A stretch of DNA of 64,000 nt. Source: Mobula hypostoma. Taxonomy: Eukaryota. This document shows, one piece after another, positions 37,720-51,000 of the stretch. The notes under the pieces were generated by a model. The model was not told the DNA's origin. It saw nothing but the letters and a program-made list of their open reading frames with translations, and did not search any database. The stretch spans positions 104,348,001 to 104,412,000 of the forward strand of contig NC_086107.1 in the NCBI RefSeq assembly GCF_963921235.1, given 5' to 3'. The translations under genes and the position numbers were made by a program. Numbering within the stretch: position 1 is the first letter of the stretch; each line of letters begins with the position of its first letter.

Positions 37720-38038
37720 AAGTAAAGTAAAGGCATCCGTTAGTCTTGCGAGACCATGGATCTGCGCCTGGAAAGTCTTCACTCTCCAGGGCGCAGGCCT
37801 GGGCAAGGTTGTATGGAAGACCAGCAGTTGCCCATGCTGCAAGTCTCCCCTCTCCATGACACCAATGTTGTCCTAGGGAAGGGCATTAGGACCCATACAG
37901 CTTGGCACCGGTGTCGTCGCACAGCAATGTGTGATTAAGTGCCTTGCTCAAGGACACAACACGTTCCCTCGGCTGGGGCTCGAACTCACGACCTTCAGGT
38001 CGCTAGTCCAATGCCTTAAACACTTGGCCACGTGCCCA
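37720..38038 (-). mobile_element. tRNA-derived SINE (same family)
   Basis: Similarity to the other copies; (TTTAC)n-like tail. Confidence 0.8.
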
Positions 38039-38434
38039 CTGCCTCTTACTATTGGCCAGCATTCAGACCACTGCTCTGCTGATACTGTCAGCTCCAGATC
38101 CTGGGAGGCTTCCCAGCTTCTCACGTCACTGCACCCTCCCTCCTCACTATCACCTGCCAGCTTGTACTTCTCCCCTTCCTCCACCTGCTCATCCTGGCTT
38201 CTGTCCCCTTCCTTTCCAGTCTTGATTGAAGGGTCTCGGCCCAAAACATAGGCTATTTATTCCCCTCCGTAGATGCTGCCCAACTTGCTGAGTTCCTCCA
38301 GCAGTTTGTGTGTCTGTTACTGGTTGGCCGTTTGGCCTTCTGCTGACCAAACGTGGCGATGTGGCAACCATTCCAAATGAGATGGCAGTTGCTACTTCAC
38401 ATTCTCAGCACCTGATGGCTCCGCCCTGACTGCT

Positions 38435-39823
38435 GCCTAACGTCGGTGGTGGGGAAACTGCTGGAGTCAGTTATCAAGGATGTGATAACAGCACATTTGG
38501 AAAGCGGTGAAATGATCGGACAAAGTCAGCATGGATTTGTGAAAGGAAAATCATGTCTGACGAATCTCATAGAATTTTTTGAGGATGTAACTAGTAGAGT
38601 GGATAGGGGAGAACCAGTGGATGTGGTATATTTGGATTTTCAAAAGGCTTTTGACAAGGTCCCACACAGGAGATTAGTGTGCAAACTTAAAGCACACGGT
38701 GTTGGGGTTAAGGTATTGGTGTGGGTGGAGAATTGGTTAGCAGACAGGAAGCAAAGAGTGGGAATAAACGGGACCTTTTCAGAATGGCAGGCGGTGACTA
38801 GTGGGGTACCGCAAGGCTCAGTGCTGGGACCCCAGTTCTTTACAATATATATTAATGACTTGGATGAGGGAATTAAATGCAGCATCTCCAAGTTTGTGGA
38901 TGACACGAAGCTGGGTGGCAGTGTTAGCAGTGAGGAGGATGCTAAGAGGATGCAGGGTGACTTGGATAGGTTGGGTGAGTGGGCAAACTCATGGCAGATG
39001 CAATTTAATGTGGATAAATGTGAAGTTATCCACTTTGGTGGCAAAAATAGGAAAACAGATTATTATCTGAATGGTGGCCGATTAGGAAAAGGGGAGGTGC
39101 AACGAGACCTGGGTGTCATTATACACCAGTCATTGAAAGTGGGCATGCAGGTACAGCAGGCGGTGAAAAAGGCGAATGGTATGCTGGCATTTATAGCGAG
39201 AGGATTCGAGTACAGGAGCAGGGAGGTACTACTGCAGTTGTACAGGCCTTGGTGAGACCACACCTGGAGTATTGTGTGCAGTTTTGGTCCCCTAATCTGA
39301 GAAAAGACATCCTTGCCATAGAGGGAGTACAAAGAAGGTTCACCAGATTGATTCCTGGGATGGCAGGACTTTCATATGAAGAAAGACTGGATGAACTGGG
39401 CTTGTACTCGTTGGAATTTAGAAGATTGAGGGGGGATCCGATTGAAACGTATAAGAGCCTAAAGGGATTGGACAGGCTAGATGCAGGAAGATTGTTCCCG
39501 ATGTTGGGGAAGTCCAGAACGAGGGGTCACAGTTTGAGGATAGAGGGGAAGCCTTTTAGGACCGAGATTAGGAAAAACTTCTTCACACAGGGAGTGGTGA
39601 ATCTGTGGAATTCTCTGCCACAGCAAACTGTTGAGGCCAGTTCATTGGCTATGTTTAAGAGGGAGTTAGATATGGCCCTTGTGGCTACGGGGGTCAGGGG
39701 GTATGGAGGGAAGGCTGGGGCGGGGTTCTGAGTTGGATGATCAGCCATGATCATAATAAATGGCGGTGCAGGCTCGAAGGGCCGAATGGCCTACTCTGCA
39801 CCTATTTTCTATGTTTCTATGTT
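38435..39823 (+). mobile_element. Young 5'-truncated CR1 LINE (RT domain to tail) abutting the NUCB1 exon 12 acceptor
   Basis: ORFs 38446-39255 and 39249-39731 (YLDFQKAFDKV, GVPQGSVLG, FVDD), one frameshift, (TTCTATGT)n tail. Confidence 0.95.
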
Positions 39824-39834
39824 TCTTGTTCCAG

Positions 39835-39937
39835 GCCCTGCAGCAGATGGAACAGAAGAAATTCCAGCAGAAAGGCAAAGCCCCCCTTTCTGGCCCAGGA
39901 GGAGAACTGAAATTCCAACCCGCTGACACACGCTCAG
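39835..39937 (+). CDS. NUCB1: NUCB1 exon 12
   Basis: ALQQMEQKKFQQKGKAPLSGPGGELKFQPADTRS; ccag acceptor, gtaagg donor; 103 bp. Confidence 0.92.
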
Positions 39938-40649
39938 GTAAGGGGATCTGATGGTGAGGCTAAGTACACGCGGGAGATTTGTGAAAGTGAGCAAGGAACA
40001 AGCAGTCGGTATTTTTATCGCCTGCATTCAACCTTTTAAAAGGATGTTGCCTGTCCGGCAGTGTTGTATCCTGTCCCTTTGATACCTTGGAGTTGAAAGC
40101 TTTCCCTGTGCAGGATGGTAGTGCGTAGAACTGAATACTGTCACAGTGGATGCCTACCTAGTGTGGCAGTGTTCAATTCGCAACACTGTCTGTGCAGAGT
40201 CTCTACCTTCTCACCATGACCGTGTGGTTTCCTCCGTGTGCTCTGGTTTCCTCCCACGTTCCACAGACATGCGGATTAGGGTTAGTCAGTTGTGGACATG
40301 CCAACACTTGCAGGCTGCTCCCAGCCAAATCCTTACTGATTTGATTTCACACAAACTACACCATGTTTTGGTGTACGTGTGACACAAGGTGAATATTTTT
40401 AATCTTCTTTGGCCTAATTGGAACTTGGGCAACTGTTAGCTGCCCTCTGAAATGATACAGCCAACCACCTGGGTGTCTTGAGGTCGGCAATAGCCACAAA
40501 TCCATAATCATTTAATGATAAATTGTGAATTTAAAAAAAACACATGCAAATATCAGTGGTTATAGGTCACATTCGATCTGGCCAGGATCTTTCTTATCTT
40601 GGAAACTGAGTGCACAGAGGGTCATTGGGCCCAGAGTGCCTATGTCAGA

Positions 40650-41177
40650 CCACATGGACCTCAGCAAATGGATCCTCCAGTTCCAAACCAGAAGACCACA
40701 GTCTGTGCAGATTGGAAATGACATCTCCACTTCACTAACAATCAACGCTAGCACACCTCACGCTTTGCTTAGCCCACTGCCCTACTCTCTCTGCACCCAT
40801 GACTGTGTAGCTAGGCACAGCTCAAATGCCATCTACAAATTTGCTGATGATACAAGAATTGTTGGCAGAATTTCAGATGGAGACGAGAGGGCGTACAGGA
40901 ACGAGATATACCGGTTAGTTGAGTGGTATCGCAGCAACAACATTGCATTCGATGTCAGTAACACCAAAGAAATGATTGTTGACTTCAAAAAGGGTAAGAC
41001 GAGAGAACACACACCAGTGTTAGCATCAGGAAGAGGTACATGGAGCCTGAAGACACACACTCAATGATTCAGGAACAGTTTCTTCCCCTCTGCCATCCAA
41101 TTTCTGAATGGACATTGAACCCATTAATACTATCTCATTATTTCTATTTTTGCACTACTTATTTAATTCAGCTATTT

Positions 41178-41240
<63 letters not shown>

Positions 41241-41370
41241 ATGTGTATATATATATATATATATTCAGATTTTTCTATTACGATGTATTGCATGGAACCT
41301 GCTACCACAAAATCAACAAATTTCACAACATATGTCGGTGATATTAAACCTTTTTCTGAACAGTTCTGAT
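40650..41370 (+). mobile_element. Rex1-type LINE fragment with a (TA)n microsatellite at about 41192-41262
   Basis: IYKFADDTRIVGRI..VEWYRSNN..NTKEMIVDF. Confidence 0.8.
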
Positions 41371-41956
41371 TTCTATTGTGAACCTAAAGGTCGTTGGATT
41401 GGGGTGCAGAGCTGTTATTTATCTTGGAGTTTAACTTCATGTTTGTTTATATAATCACCGACTTCCGTGTGACTGTTCTGTGAGTTTTCCAGTGGTTATA
41501 ATTACCTCTATTTTTCTGGAGACCTGGTTTCAGTGGCTGCTGTCACATTACTTGAACCTGGCTACCTTATTGGTTAATTGTTATCACTGGAATCTCTTAT
41601 TACTGCTTTTGGTCGTTTTATTTTCGTTAATTACTTATTTGTTTGTTGGGATATAGTGTGATAGCCCTTCTGCCCCTACTTGCTGCAGCGCCCAGCATCC
41701 CCTTGCCTAATCACAGGACAATTTACAATGACCCATTAACTACCAGCCAGTATGTCTTTGGACTGTGGGAGGAAACTGGAGCACCTGGAGGAAACCCACT
41801 GTGTCACGGGAGGAATGTATAAACTCCGTACAGACGGCAGCGGGAATCTTTGTCTTTTGCTTCTTCCTATTCTTCGCTTTTGTAACACTTAGTAAAACTC
41901 AACAGCAACAAGTTTCATGCCTCATTCTTGACTTCCAAAGAAACCTTTGGCATACA

Positions 41957-42838
41957 AAACATAGAAACATAGAAAATAGGTGCAGGAGTAGGCCATTCGG
42001 CCCTTCGAGCCTGCACCGCCATTTATTATGATCATGGCTGATCATCCAACTCAGAACCCCGCCCCAGCCTTCCCTCCATACCTCCTGACCCCTGTAGCCA
42101 CAAGGGCCATATCTAACTCCCTCGTAAATATAGCCAATGAACTGGCCTCAACTGTTTCCTGTGGCAGAGAATTCCACAGATTCACCACTCTCTGTGTGAA
42201 GAAGTTTTTCCTAATCTCGGTCCTAAAAGGCTTCCCCTCTATCCTCAAACTGTGGCCCCTCGTTCTGGACTTCCCCAACATCGGGAACAATCTTCCTGCA
42301 TCTAGCCTGTCCAATCCCTTTAGGATCTTATACGTTTCAATCAGATCCCCCCTCAATCTTCTAAATTCCAACGAGTACAAGCCCAGTTCATCCAGTCTTT
42401 CTTCATATGAAAATCCTGCCATCCCAGGAATCAATCTGGTGAACCTTCGTTGTACTTCCTCTATGGCAAGGATGTCTTTCCTCAGATTAGGGGACCAAAA
42501 CTGCACACAATACTCCAGGTGTGGTCTCACCAAGGCCTTGTACAACTGCAGTAGTACCTCCCTGCTCCTGTACTCGAATCCGCTCGCTATAAATGCCAGC
42601 ATACCGTTCGCCTTTTTCACCGCCTGCTGTACCTGCATGCCCACTTTCAATGACTGGTGTATAATGACACCCAGGTCTTGTTGCACCTCCCCTTTTCCTA
42701 ATCGGCCACCATTCAGATAATAATCTGTTTTCCTATTTATGCCACCAAAGTGGATAACTTCACATTTATCCACATTAAATTGTATCTGCCATGAATTTGC
42801 CCACTCACCCAACCTATCCAAGTCACCCTGCATCCTCT
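41957..42838 (-). mobile_element. Young CR1 3' fragment, near-identical inverted copy of 38945-39823
   Basis: ORF 42051-42941 nearly identical to the 39249-39731 product; same tail. Confidence 0.95.
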
Positions 42839-43466
42839 GCATCTGGATCCAACAAGGTTCAATGCTCAGTAATGTCTTGTACCATTCAGCTAGGTCTTCT
42901 AATTGACAGAAACAAACTACAACAAATTCAGACTGGATCACATTATTAATGCATTTATGATTTTACTTGCAAGGGAAGGTATGTTTCCAGCCAAGTTTTG
43001 TCCGAGGAAAAATAGCTTCCACCTTGCTTCAACCAAAACATTTTTTTAACATAAGAACAGTAATTAGGTTACTCCATTCCATATTATTATATCCCTCCAT
43101 TATCCTTACCTTGTTTTCACATTTGTTCTTTAGAAGCTCTATCCTGTTTACCTCCGTTGTCAAAACATCCTCTGTGGCCTTAAAAGAAATTGTCTGTCAT
43201 TTTTTTTTTAAAAAAAAAGTTTCCTCCCATAAAACACTCAAACTTGTAAGTTTTCCCATTCAAACCAGCAAAGCACCTTGGGATTTCATAGACTTCATTT
43301 TGTTCACATTATATTTTACAAAAGTTACAAATGTATAAGACTTCAGGGTTACAGATATATTTCCACAATATCACCAGCAGGAGTGGGGCTCGACTCCACA
43401 GCAGAATCCTTTCAGCGCCACGCTGTCTTGCTTTGAGTCAACTTGTTGCATCTCTGGATCTTTCAG

Positions 43467-43651
43467 ATGTCCGAGCTCCAGTCAACGAGCCGGCACAGGT
43501 ACAGCCTGAGGTAGAGAAAGTGGACCATGCTCCCGGCCACCAGGGTGACCAGCCACCACCACCGCCACCGGACAACAGAGAACACCAACCGGCAGCGCCT
43601 GCCCACCACCCTGTGGAGAAGCAGCCAGAACCAGTTGTGCAGCTACAGTGA
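43467..43651 (+). CDS. NUCB1: NUCB1 last coding exon (Pro/His/Gln-rich tail, TGA stop)
   Basis: tttcag acceptor, phase matches exon 12; (D)VRAPVNEPAQVQPEVEKVDHAPGHQGDQPPPPPPDNREH...VVQLQ*. Total CDS is 1428 nt, 475 aa. Confidence 0.85.
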
Positions 43652-44389
43652 CCTCAAACACCTGACTGTCCCATAAATCACTGTTCGAGGTAGCAAGATC
43701 AGAGTCCGATTAATCAGGAGTATTTATCATTTTAAGTCTGTGAGCCTGTTAAGCAATATATTTTAGAGTCCAGACCCTGCACTGTACCCTTCTCTCTTCA
43801 TTTGAACATTGCTATGTTTCTGTCTCCTGCTGACTGGGAGTGTAGTCCCACTCATTGCTACCAGCTGGTTCCAGCAGGTTGAGTCGAGAGGCATTTCCTT
43901 GCTCTGCACTAGCTAAAGGGGCAGCTCTCAGGATTTCTCCTCACTGAGCTAAGACTGTAATGGAGGACAAGCTGGCGTCCATGCTGTGGATGGGCGATCA
44001 CCTGAGTTTTGTTCAGCTGTGATGCCTAAGCCTTCATGTTCAGATGTGTCCTTGCAGCAGCACACAGTTTAAAAGCAGCTAATTCGCCCCAGTTTTGTTT
44101 TTCTCTTCTTCCCACCCCCTATACTTCGACTGGGTCGCTGTGTGCCAAGGTGTTTTAATGTTTTAGAATATTCTGTGATATTACAAGATCATTTTGAACC
44201 TGTGCACAAGTATTAGAGAAAGAATTAATGGTGGAAATTCTGCCTGAGGACCTTCAGGTTACCACCCACATTGTCCCTGCTGAGAGACGGTGAGGCAGAG
44301 TGGAGCATCTGATTTTTAAAGTAAAGCACTTTTTAAAGCATATGATGCAAGTTTGAGAATTGTGTGTTTTAATTAATGGGCATTTGTGA

Positions 44390-44395
44390 AATAAA
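44390..44395 (+). terminator. NUCB1: Probable NUCB1 polyadenylation signal
   Basis: First AATAAA after the stop codon, ending about 0.75 kb of repeat-free 3' UTR and followed by GT/T-rich sequence. Confidence 0.65.
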
Positions 44396-46124
44396 GGGTG
44401 TGACTGGGCCACGTGTGGCTGTGCCTTATTTTTCCCTTCTCTAAAGCACACATAGTGTTTCCATCCACCGCAAAAGGTGGTATTTCCCATTAGCCACCCA
44501 TTTTAATTCTATTTTCCTTTCCCATTCCGACATGGGTTCACGGTCACAACGAGGCTACCTTCATGTTGGAGGAACAGCACCTCTTATCCTGTCTGGGTAG
44601 CTTCCAACCTTGGTGGCATGAGCATCGATTTCTCTAACTTCTGTTAATTTCTCCCCACTCCCCCTTCTCTCTTAATTTTCATTCCTCATTCTACCTCCCT
44701 TCTTGCCCCTTCTGACCTGCCCATCACCTCCATCTGGTGCTCTTCTCCCTCAGTCCACTGTCCTCTCTTGTCAGATTCTTCCTCCTTCAGCCTTCTTTCT
44801 CTTCTATCTACTACTCGCTGCTTCTCACTTCATGCCCTCCCTCCTCCATCCACCTACTATTCCACCTCACCTGGTCTCCCCTACCACCTGCCAGCTTATT
44901 CTCCTTCCCCTCCCCTCCACCTTCTTATTCTTGCTGCTTCCCACGTCCTTTCCAGTCCTGGTGACCAGAGTGTTCTACCACCAAGCCTTCAAAAGTCTGG
45001 GATATAGATCATTGGGTCCATGGGGTTTATCACCTAGTCTTGCCATCTTCCATTGTTACCACTAAAACTCATTTCCTTTGGTTCCTCATTCCTGCTAGAT
45101 ATTCAGCACGATAGTATTTGGGAAGGGGATTTTATATCTTCTGTGATATTCTCCCTTGACAGTACCAACCCAGCTAAGATGATATCATACTTTTGTTGGC
45201 CAAGGTAAAATCCCAATCTATTTACATCGCGCCATAGACCAGCGGTTCCCAACCTGGGGTCCATGCACCCCTTGCTTATTGGTATTGGTCCATGGTATAT
45301 ATTAAAAAAAGTTGGGAATCCCTGACGTGGAGGGACATTTAGTGAAATGTATTAACATGAACATCAACTTCAATTTCTATATGTGTAATTTGCTTTGGGA
45401 AGCTTTGCAGTTACACCTAGGTGTAACACTTGACTAACACTTCATGGTTTAACAAAAAACTTCCACAAACTGGAAGCACCTGGCCTTGAAAAGGAAGAAT
45501 ATAAAGACATATAAGCTGGATTTATTGTCCAACAGAACACACTAAGGGGCTGGCTAAAGAATGTTTGAAAATTTTGAAAACTATAAAACCTGAGAATGGA
45601 ATGCCAAAACAAAAAATAATCAGGATTAAAGAAGGTACTCTGACATTGATGCAAGAATACAGCTAGAATTAACTCGTGTAGTTTCAAGAGATTTTGTGAA
45701 GAAAATTTGCAAAGAAAGTGGATCTTGGGAGTTCCACCAATGACTTGTTTTTGCAATTTAAATTACCACATACACTCTATTTTATCTCCTTGTTACTGCA
45801 AATATCTAATCAATCAATCATGTGGCAGCAACTCAATGCATAAAAGCTTGCAGACATGGTCAAGGGGTTCAGCTGTTTTCATCGGAATGAGGAAGAAATG
45901 TGATCTAACTGACTTTGACTGTAGAATGAATGGGGTGGTTTGAGTAACTCGGAAACTGCCAGTCTCTGGGATTTTCATGCACAATCATCTCTAGAGTTTA
46001 CAGAGAATGGTTTGGGGGGAGAAAAACATCCAGTGAGTGGCAGTTCTGTGGGCAAAAATAGCTTGTTAATGAGAGAGGTCAGAGGAGAATGGCCAGACTG
46101 GTTCAAGCTGACGGTAGCTCAAAT

Positions 46125-46341
46125 CAAGCAACACACATCAAAGTTGCTGGTGAACGCAGCAGGCCAGGCAGCATCTCTAGAAAGAGGTACAGTCGACGTT
46201 TCGGGCCGAGACCCTTCGTCAGGACATCCAGTGTCGTCGACTGTACCTCTTCCTAGAGATGCTGCCTGGCCTGCTGCGTTCACCAGCGACTTTGATGTGT
46301 GTTGCTTAAAATTCCAGCATCTGCAGAATTCCTCGTGTTTA
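46125..46341. mobile_element. 217-bp fold-back Penelope-derived insertion with a minimal hammerhead ribozyme motif
   Basis: 12-bp TSD GGTAGCTCAAAT; 73-bp inverted arms at 46126-46198 and 46235-46307. Confidence 0.8.
46190..46225 (-). ncRNA. Minimal type I hammerhead ribozyme motif
   Basis: GUC-CUGACGA-A-GGGUCUCGGCCC-GAAAC-GUC/GAC: core boxes, stem II, loopless palindromic stem III (ACGU) and a short stem I. Confidence 0.7.
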
Positions 46342-48059
46342 GGTAGCTCAAATTAAACTGTATGCATTACAATAGTGGCGTGCTGGAGAGTGTCTTTGAA
46401 TGCACAGCACATCAAATCTCGAAGTGGATAGGCCACAACAGCAGAAGACCACAATTGTACACTCAGTGGCCACTTTTTTAGGACCAGGAGGTTTTTATGG
46501 GAAATGTTTGTCCACTGGCGCTTCACATCTGGGACAAAAAAAATCGACCACAGACACTGCAAATCTGAAGTGGTGGAAAAGTTCAGCAGGTCAGGCGGCA
46601 TCTGTGGAAACAAGAAGAATGAGGAAAACAGTGACAAACAAGAGAAAATCTGCAGGTGCTGGAAATCCAAGCAGCATTCGCAAAATGCTGGAGGAACTCG
46701 GCAGGCAGCATCTACAGTCGACATTTCGGGCTGAGGCACTGCCCCAGGAAAACGGTGGCACAGGAGACTGCAGATGTTGGAATCTGGAGCAAAAAATCAA
46801 ATCCAGAGGAGCTCAGCTGGTCAGGCCACACCTGTAGGGGGAAATGAACAGTCAGTGTTTTGGCTGGATGGGAAAACAAGTTTGCCTAGGTAACACACAC
46901 ACACACACAAAATGCTGCAGGGTTACTCAACAGGTCAAGCAGCAGCTCTGGAGGGAAATAAACAGTTAATGCTTTTGACCAAGGAACTTCATTAGTATTT
47001 CTCATCAGCACCCTCTCTGCCACCTTGTTAGTCTAAGTAGCAGAGAAGATGGATGGAACAAAAGGTATTTATCTTTTAGGCTGGGACTGTGTGCTAGTTA
47101 ATGAGTAATTAATCTAGAGCAACTCTCACAAAAATGCTAAGAGAACCCAACAAGTCAGGCAGCATCTATCGAGGAGAATAAACAGTTGACATCTTGATCT
47201 GAGACCCTTCATCAGAACAGCTAATTTCCTTTGTCTGTGCAATGTTTTGTTCACGTTGAGAATGTGATGTTTGATCTATCAAGACAATCCTAATAAGGAC
47301 AAAAAAAAGGTCTAAAATTAAAGAACTTGGTATCAAATCCTTCAAATCTAGATGACTGCATGTGAGATCTTTAAAACAGATAAGAACATCCTCTACTGTA
47401 AATGCAAAAACAGATAAAACTCACGTGCCAAAGGCTAACCTACAGGTAGAGGTAAGAACCAAAAGCTCAGTGGATACAAGAGATTCTGCAGATGCTTTAA
47501 ATCTTGAACAGACACAAAATGTCAGGCATTTCTCCTTTTTCAGCCCTTTACTTCCTCCACTGATCACTTCCAGCTTCTTGCATCCTTCTCTCCTTTCCTC
47601 ACCCATCACCAACATAAGCACATGAGATTCTGCAGGTGCTGGAGATATCCAGAGTGAGACACACACACACAAAACGCAGGAGGTACTCAGCAGGTCGGGC
47701 AGCATCTACGGAGAGGTTGGCAATCAATGTTTCGGGCCGAGATCCTTCATCGGGACTGGAAAGGAAGTAGGGGGAAGGAAAGAAACCAGAATAAGAAGGT
47801 GGAGTGGTGGGGAAGGTAGGTGGGCGGGGAGGGGTGATAAAATGAGAAGCTGGGAGGTGATAGGTGGAAAAGATAAATGGCTGAAGATGAATCCCAGCGG
47901 GAAGGTTTGTTAACGCTGCACGGTGGGGTTTAAACCAGAGTTGCAGGGGGACGGGAACCAGAGTGCCAGGGCAGTTAGTGGAGAGATGGTGGAGACAGAT
48001 GGTGTTAAGGCCTCGGACAAAGTTAGAAACCAAAAGGTTGAGCATGGAGCAACTAGTGT

Positions 48060-51000
48060 CCTGAGCTGAGTACATTTCAATGCAAGAAGTAGGGAAAGCG
48101 GATAAGCTCAGGGCATGGATTTATATTGTAGCCATTAGAGAGACGTGGTTGCAGGAAGGGCATGACTGGCAGCTCAGTATTCCAGGGTTCTGTTGTTCCT
48201 GATGTGAAAGAGCGGGAGAGATTAAAGGAGGAGGATAGCGTTACTAATCAGGGAAAATGTTAAGGCAGTGCTCAGTCAGAGCAGCTTAGAGAACTCAACT
48301 AGTGAGGTGTTAGATTATGAGAACACTCAGTCCTCTTTTATTGTCATTTAGAAATGCATACATGCATTAAGAAATGATACAATGTTTCTCCAGAGTGATA
48401 TCACGGAAAACAAGACTGACCAAAGACTAACGCTGACAGAACCACATAATTATAACATATAGTTACAGCAGTGCAAAGCAATACCATAATTTGATGAAGA
48501 ACAGACCATGGGCACAGTAAGAAAAAAAGTCTCAAAGTCCCGAGTCCCCGGTAGCAGGCGGCAAAAGGGAGGAACTCCCTGCCATAAACCTCCAGGCACC
48601 GTCAACTTGCCGATACCTTGGAAGCAGCCGACACTGAGTCCGTCCGTCCAAAAACTTTGAACTTCCGAGCAGCCTCTCCGATACAGCCTCCCGAGCGCCA
48701 TCCTCTGCCGAGCGCCTTCAACCTCTCCCCGGCCGCTGAAACACACAAAGCCGAGGATTTCAGGGCCTTCAGCTCCGGAGATTCCGGTTACCACACAGTA
48801 GCAGCGGCAGCGAAGCGGGCATTTCAGAAGTTTTCCAGATGTTCCTCCGTACTCTCATGTCCGTCTCCATCAACTCAGAATTGTGCACAGTCCCCTACTT
48901 GACAGATAACAGACATCACCAAAGTGGCCGCGCGCGCTGCTGTCGCGCCACCATCTTCTCCCCCCTCCCGGGAGGATTTATGGGTAAAACTGAGAAATAA
49001 GAAAGGTATGACCATGTTAATGGGGCTATATTACAGACCATCCAACAGTCCGAGAGATTTAGAGGAACAAATTTGCAGAGAGACTGCAGACTGTTGTAAG
49101 AAACATAAAATTCTTGTAGTAAGTGATTTTAACTTTCCACATATTGACTGGGAATCTCATACTGTAAAAGGAATAGATGGGATAGAGTTTGTCAAATGTG
49201 TTCAGGAAGCACGTGTGTCTCCTTAATCAGTATGTAGAAGTCCCAGTGAGAGAGTGCACAATACTTGGTCTACTGTTAGGGAATGAGACTGGACAGGTGA
49301 CAGAAGTTTGTGTAGGGGATCACTTTGCGTCCAGTGATCGCAATGCCATTAGTTTCAAAGTAAATATGCAAAAAGATAGGTCTGGCCCACAGGTGGAGAT
49401 TCTAAATTGGAAAAAGGCCAATTCTGATCGTATCAGAAATGATCTGGCAGTGTGGATTGGGAGAAGCTGTTTTCTGGCAAAGATCTACTTGGAAAGTGGG
49501 AGGCCTTCAAAAGTGAAAATTTGAGTGTAAGAAGCTTGTACGTGCCTGTCAGAATAAAAGTTAAAGACAACAGGTTTGGGAAACCTTCGTTTTCAAGAGA
49601 TACTGACGCCCTAGTTAAGAAAAAAAAAGGAGGTGCATAGCAGGTATAGGCAGGTAGGAACAAATGAGGTGCTTATGAAGTACAAGAAATGCGAGAGAAC
49701 ACTTAAAGAAATCAGGAGTGCTAAGAGAAGGCATGAAACTTCCCAAGCAGACAAGGGTTTCTACAGATACGTTAAGAGCAAAAGGATTGCAAAGGACAAA
49801 ACTGGTCCTCTGGAAGACCAGAATGGTAATCCATGTGTGGAGCAAAAAGAGATGGAGGAGACCTTAATTATTTGCCTCTGCATTTACCCAGGACACGGAC
49901 ACAGAGTATGGAAGTGAGGCAAAATGACATCAACTCATGGACCCTACACAGATTACAGAGCAGGGGGTGCTTGCTGTCCTAAGACAGATCAGGGTGGATA
50001 AATCCCCAGGTCCTGACAAGGTATTCCCTTGGACCCTGCAGGAGGCAGGTGCAGAAATTGCTGAGGCCCTAGCAGAGATATTTAAATCATCCTTTGCAAC
50101 AGGTGAGGTACCAGGGGATTGGAGGATAGCCAATTTTGTTCTGCTGTTCAAGAAAGGCTCTAAAAATAAACCAGGAAATTATGGGCTGGTGAGTCTGACA
50201 TCAGTAAGTGGGATAATTATTGGAAGGTATTCTAAGGGAGCAGATATATAAGTATTTGCATAGACATGAACTGATTAAAGATAGTCTGCATGGCTTCGTG
50301 CGTGATAGGTCATGTCTATTGAGTTTTTTGAGGAAGTTAACAGGAAAATCAATGAAGGCAAGACAGTGGATGTTGTCTGCTTCGACTTTAGCAAGGCATT
50401 TGACAAGGTCCCTCATGGGAGGTTGGTCAAGAAGGTTTGGTCACTCAGCATTCAAGATGAGGTAGTAAATTGGATTAGACATGGCTTTGGTGGGAGAAGA
50501 TAGAGAGTAGAAGTGAATGGTTGCCTCTCTGACTGGAGGTCTGTGATGAGTGGTGTGCCACAGGGATCGGTCCGTTGTTGCTTGTCATCTGTACCAATGA
50601 TCTGGATGATAAGGTGGTTAACTGGATCAGCAAATTTGCAGATGACACCAAAGATTGGGGGTACAGTGGACAGTGAGGAAGGTTATCATGGCTTGCAGAG
50701 GGATCTGGATCAGCTGGAAAATGGGCTGAAAAATAGCAGATGGAATTTAATGCAGACAAGTGTGAGGTTTTGCACTTCGATAGGACCAACCAGAAGAGGT
50801 CTTATGCAGTGAACTATATGACACTGAGCAGTGTGGTAGAACAAAGGGACCTGAGAATACAGGTACATAATTTGTTGAAAGTTGCATCACGGGTAGATAG
50901 GGTCGTAAAGAAAACTCCGAACACATTGGCCTTCATAAATCAATCTATTTTATACAGGAGATGGGATGTTTTGTTGAAGTTGTATCAGACATTGGTGAGG

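Larger units (their letters stand above)
45790..46483 (+). mobile_element. Non-autonomous Tc1-like element interrupted by a Penelope-derived insertion
   Basis: Same family; split at a 12-bp TSD. Confidence 0.7.

Noticed and set aside
38446..39731. Active CR1 ORF2
   Set aside because: 5'-truncated, lacks the endonuclease, and has a frameshift near 39244.
16956..43651. Calling the gene NUCB2
   Set aside because: The 77-aa N-terminal peptide, NUCB1-type residues, extended C-terminal tail and linkage to a PPP1R15A-like gene favour NUCB1. A phylogenetic tree would be decisive.
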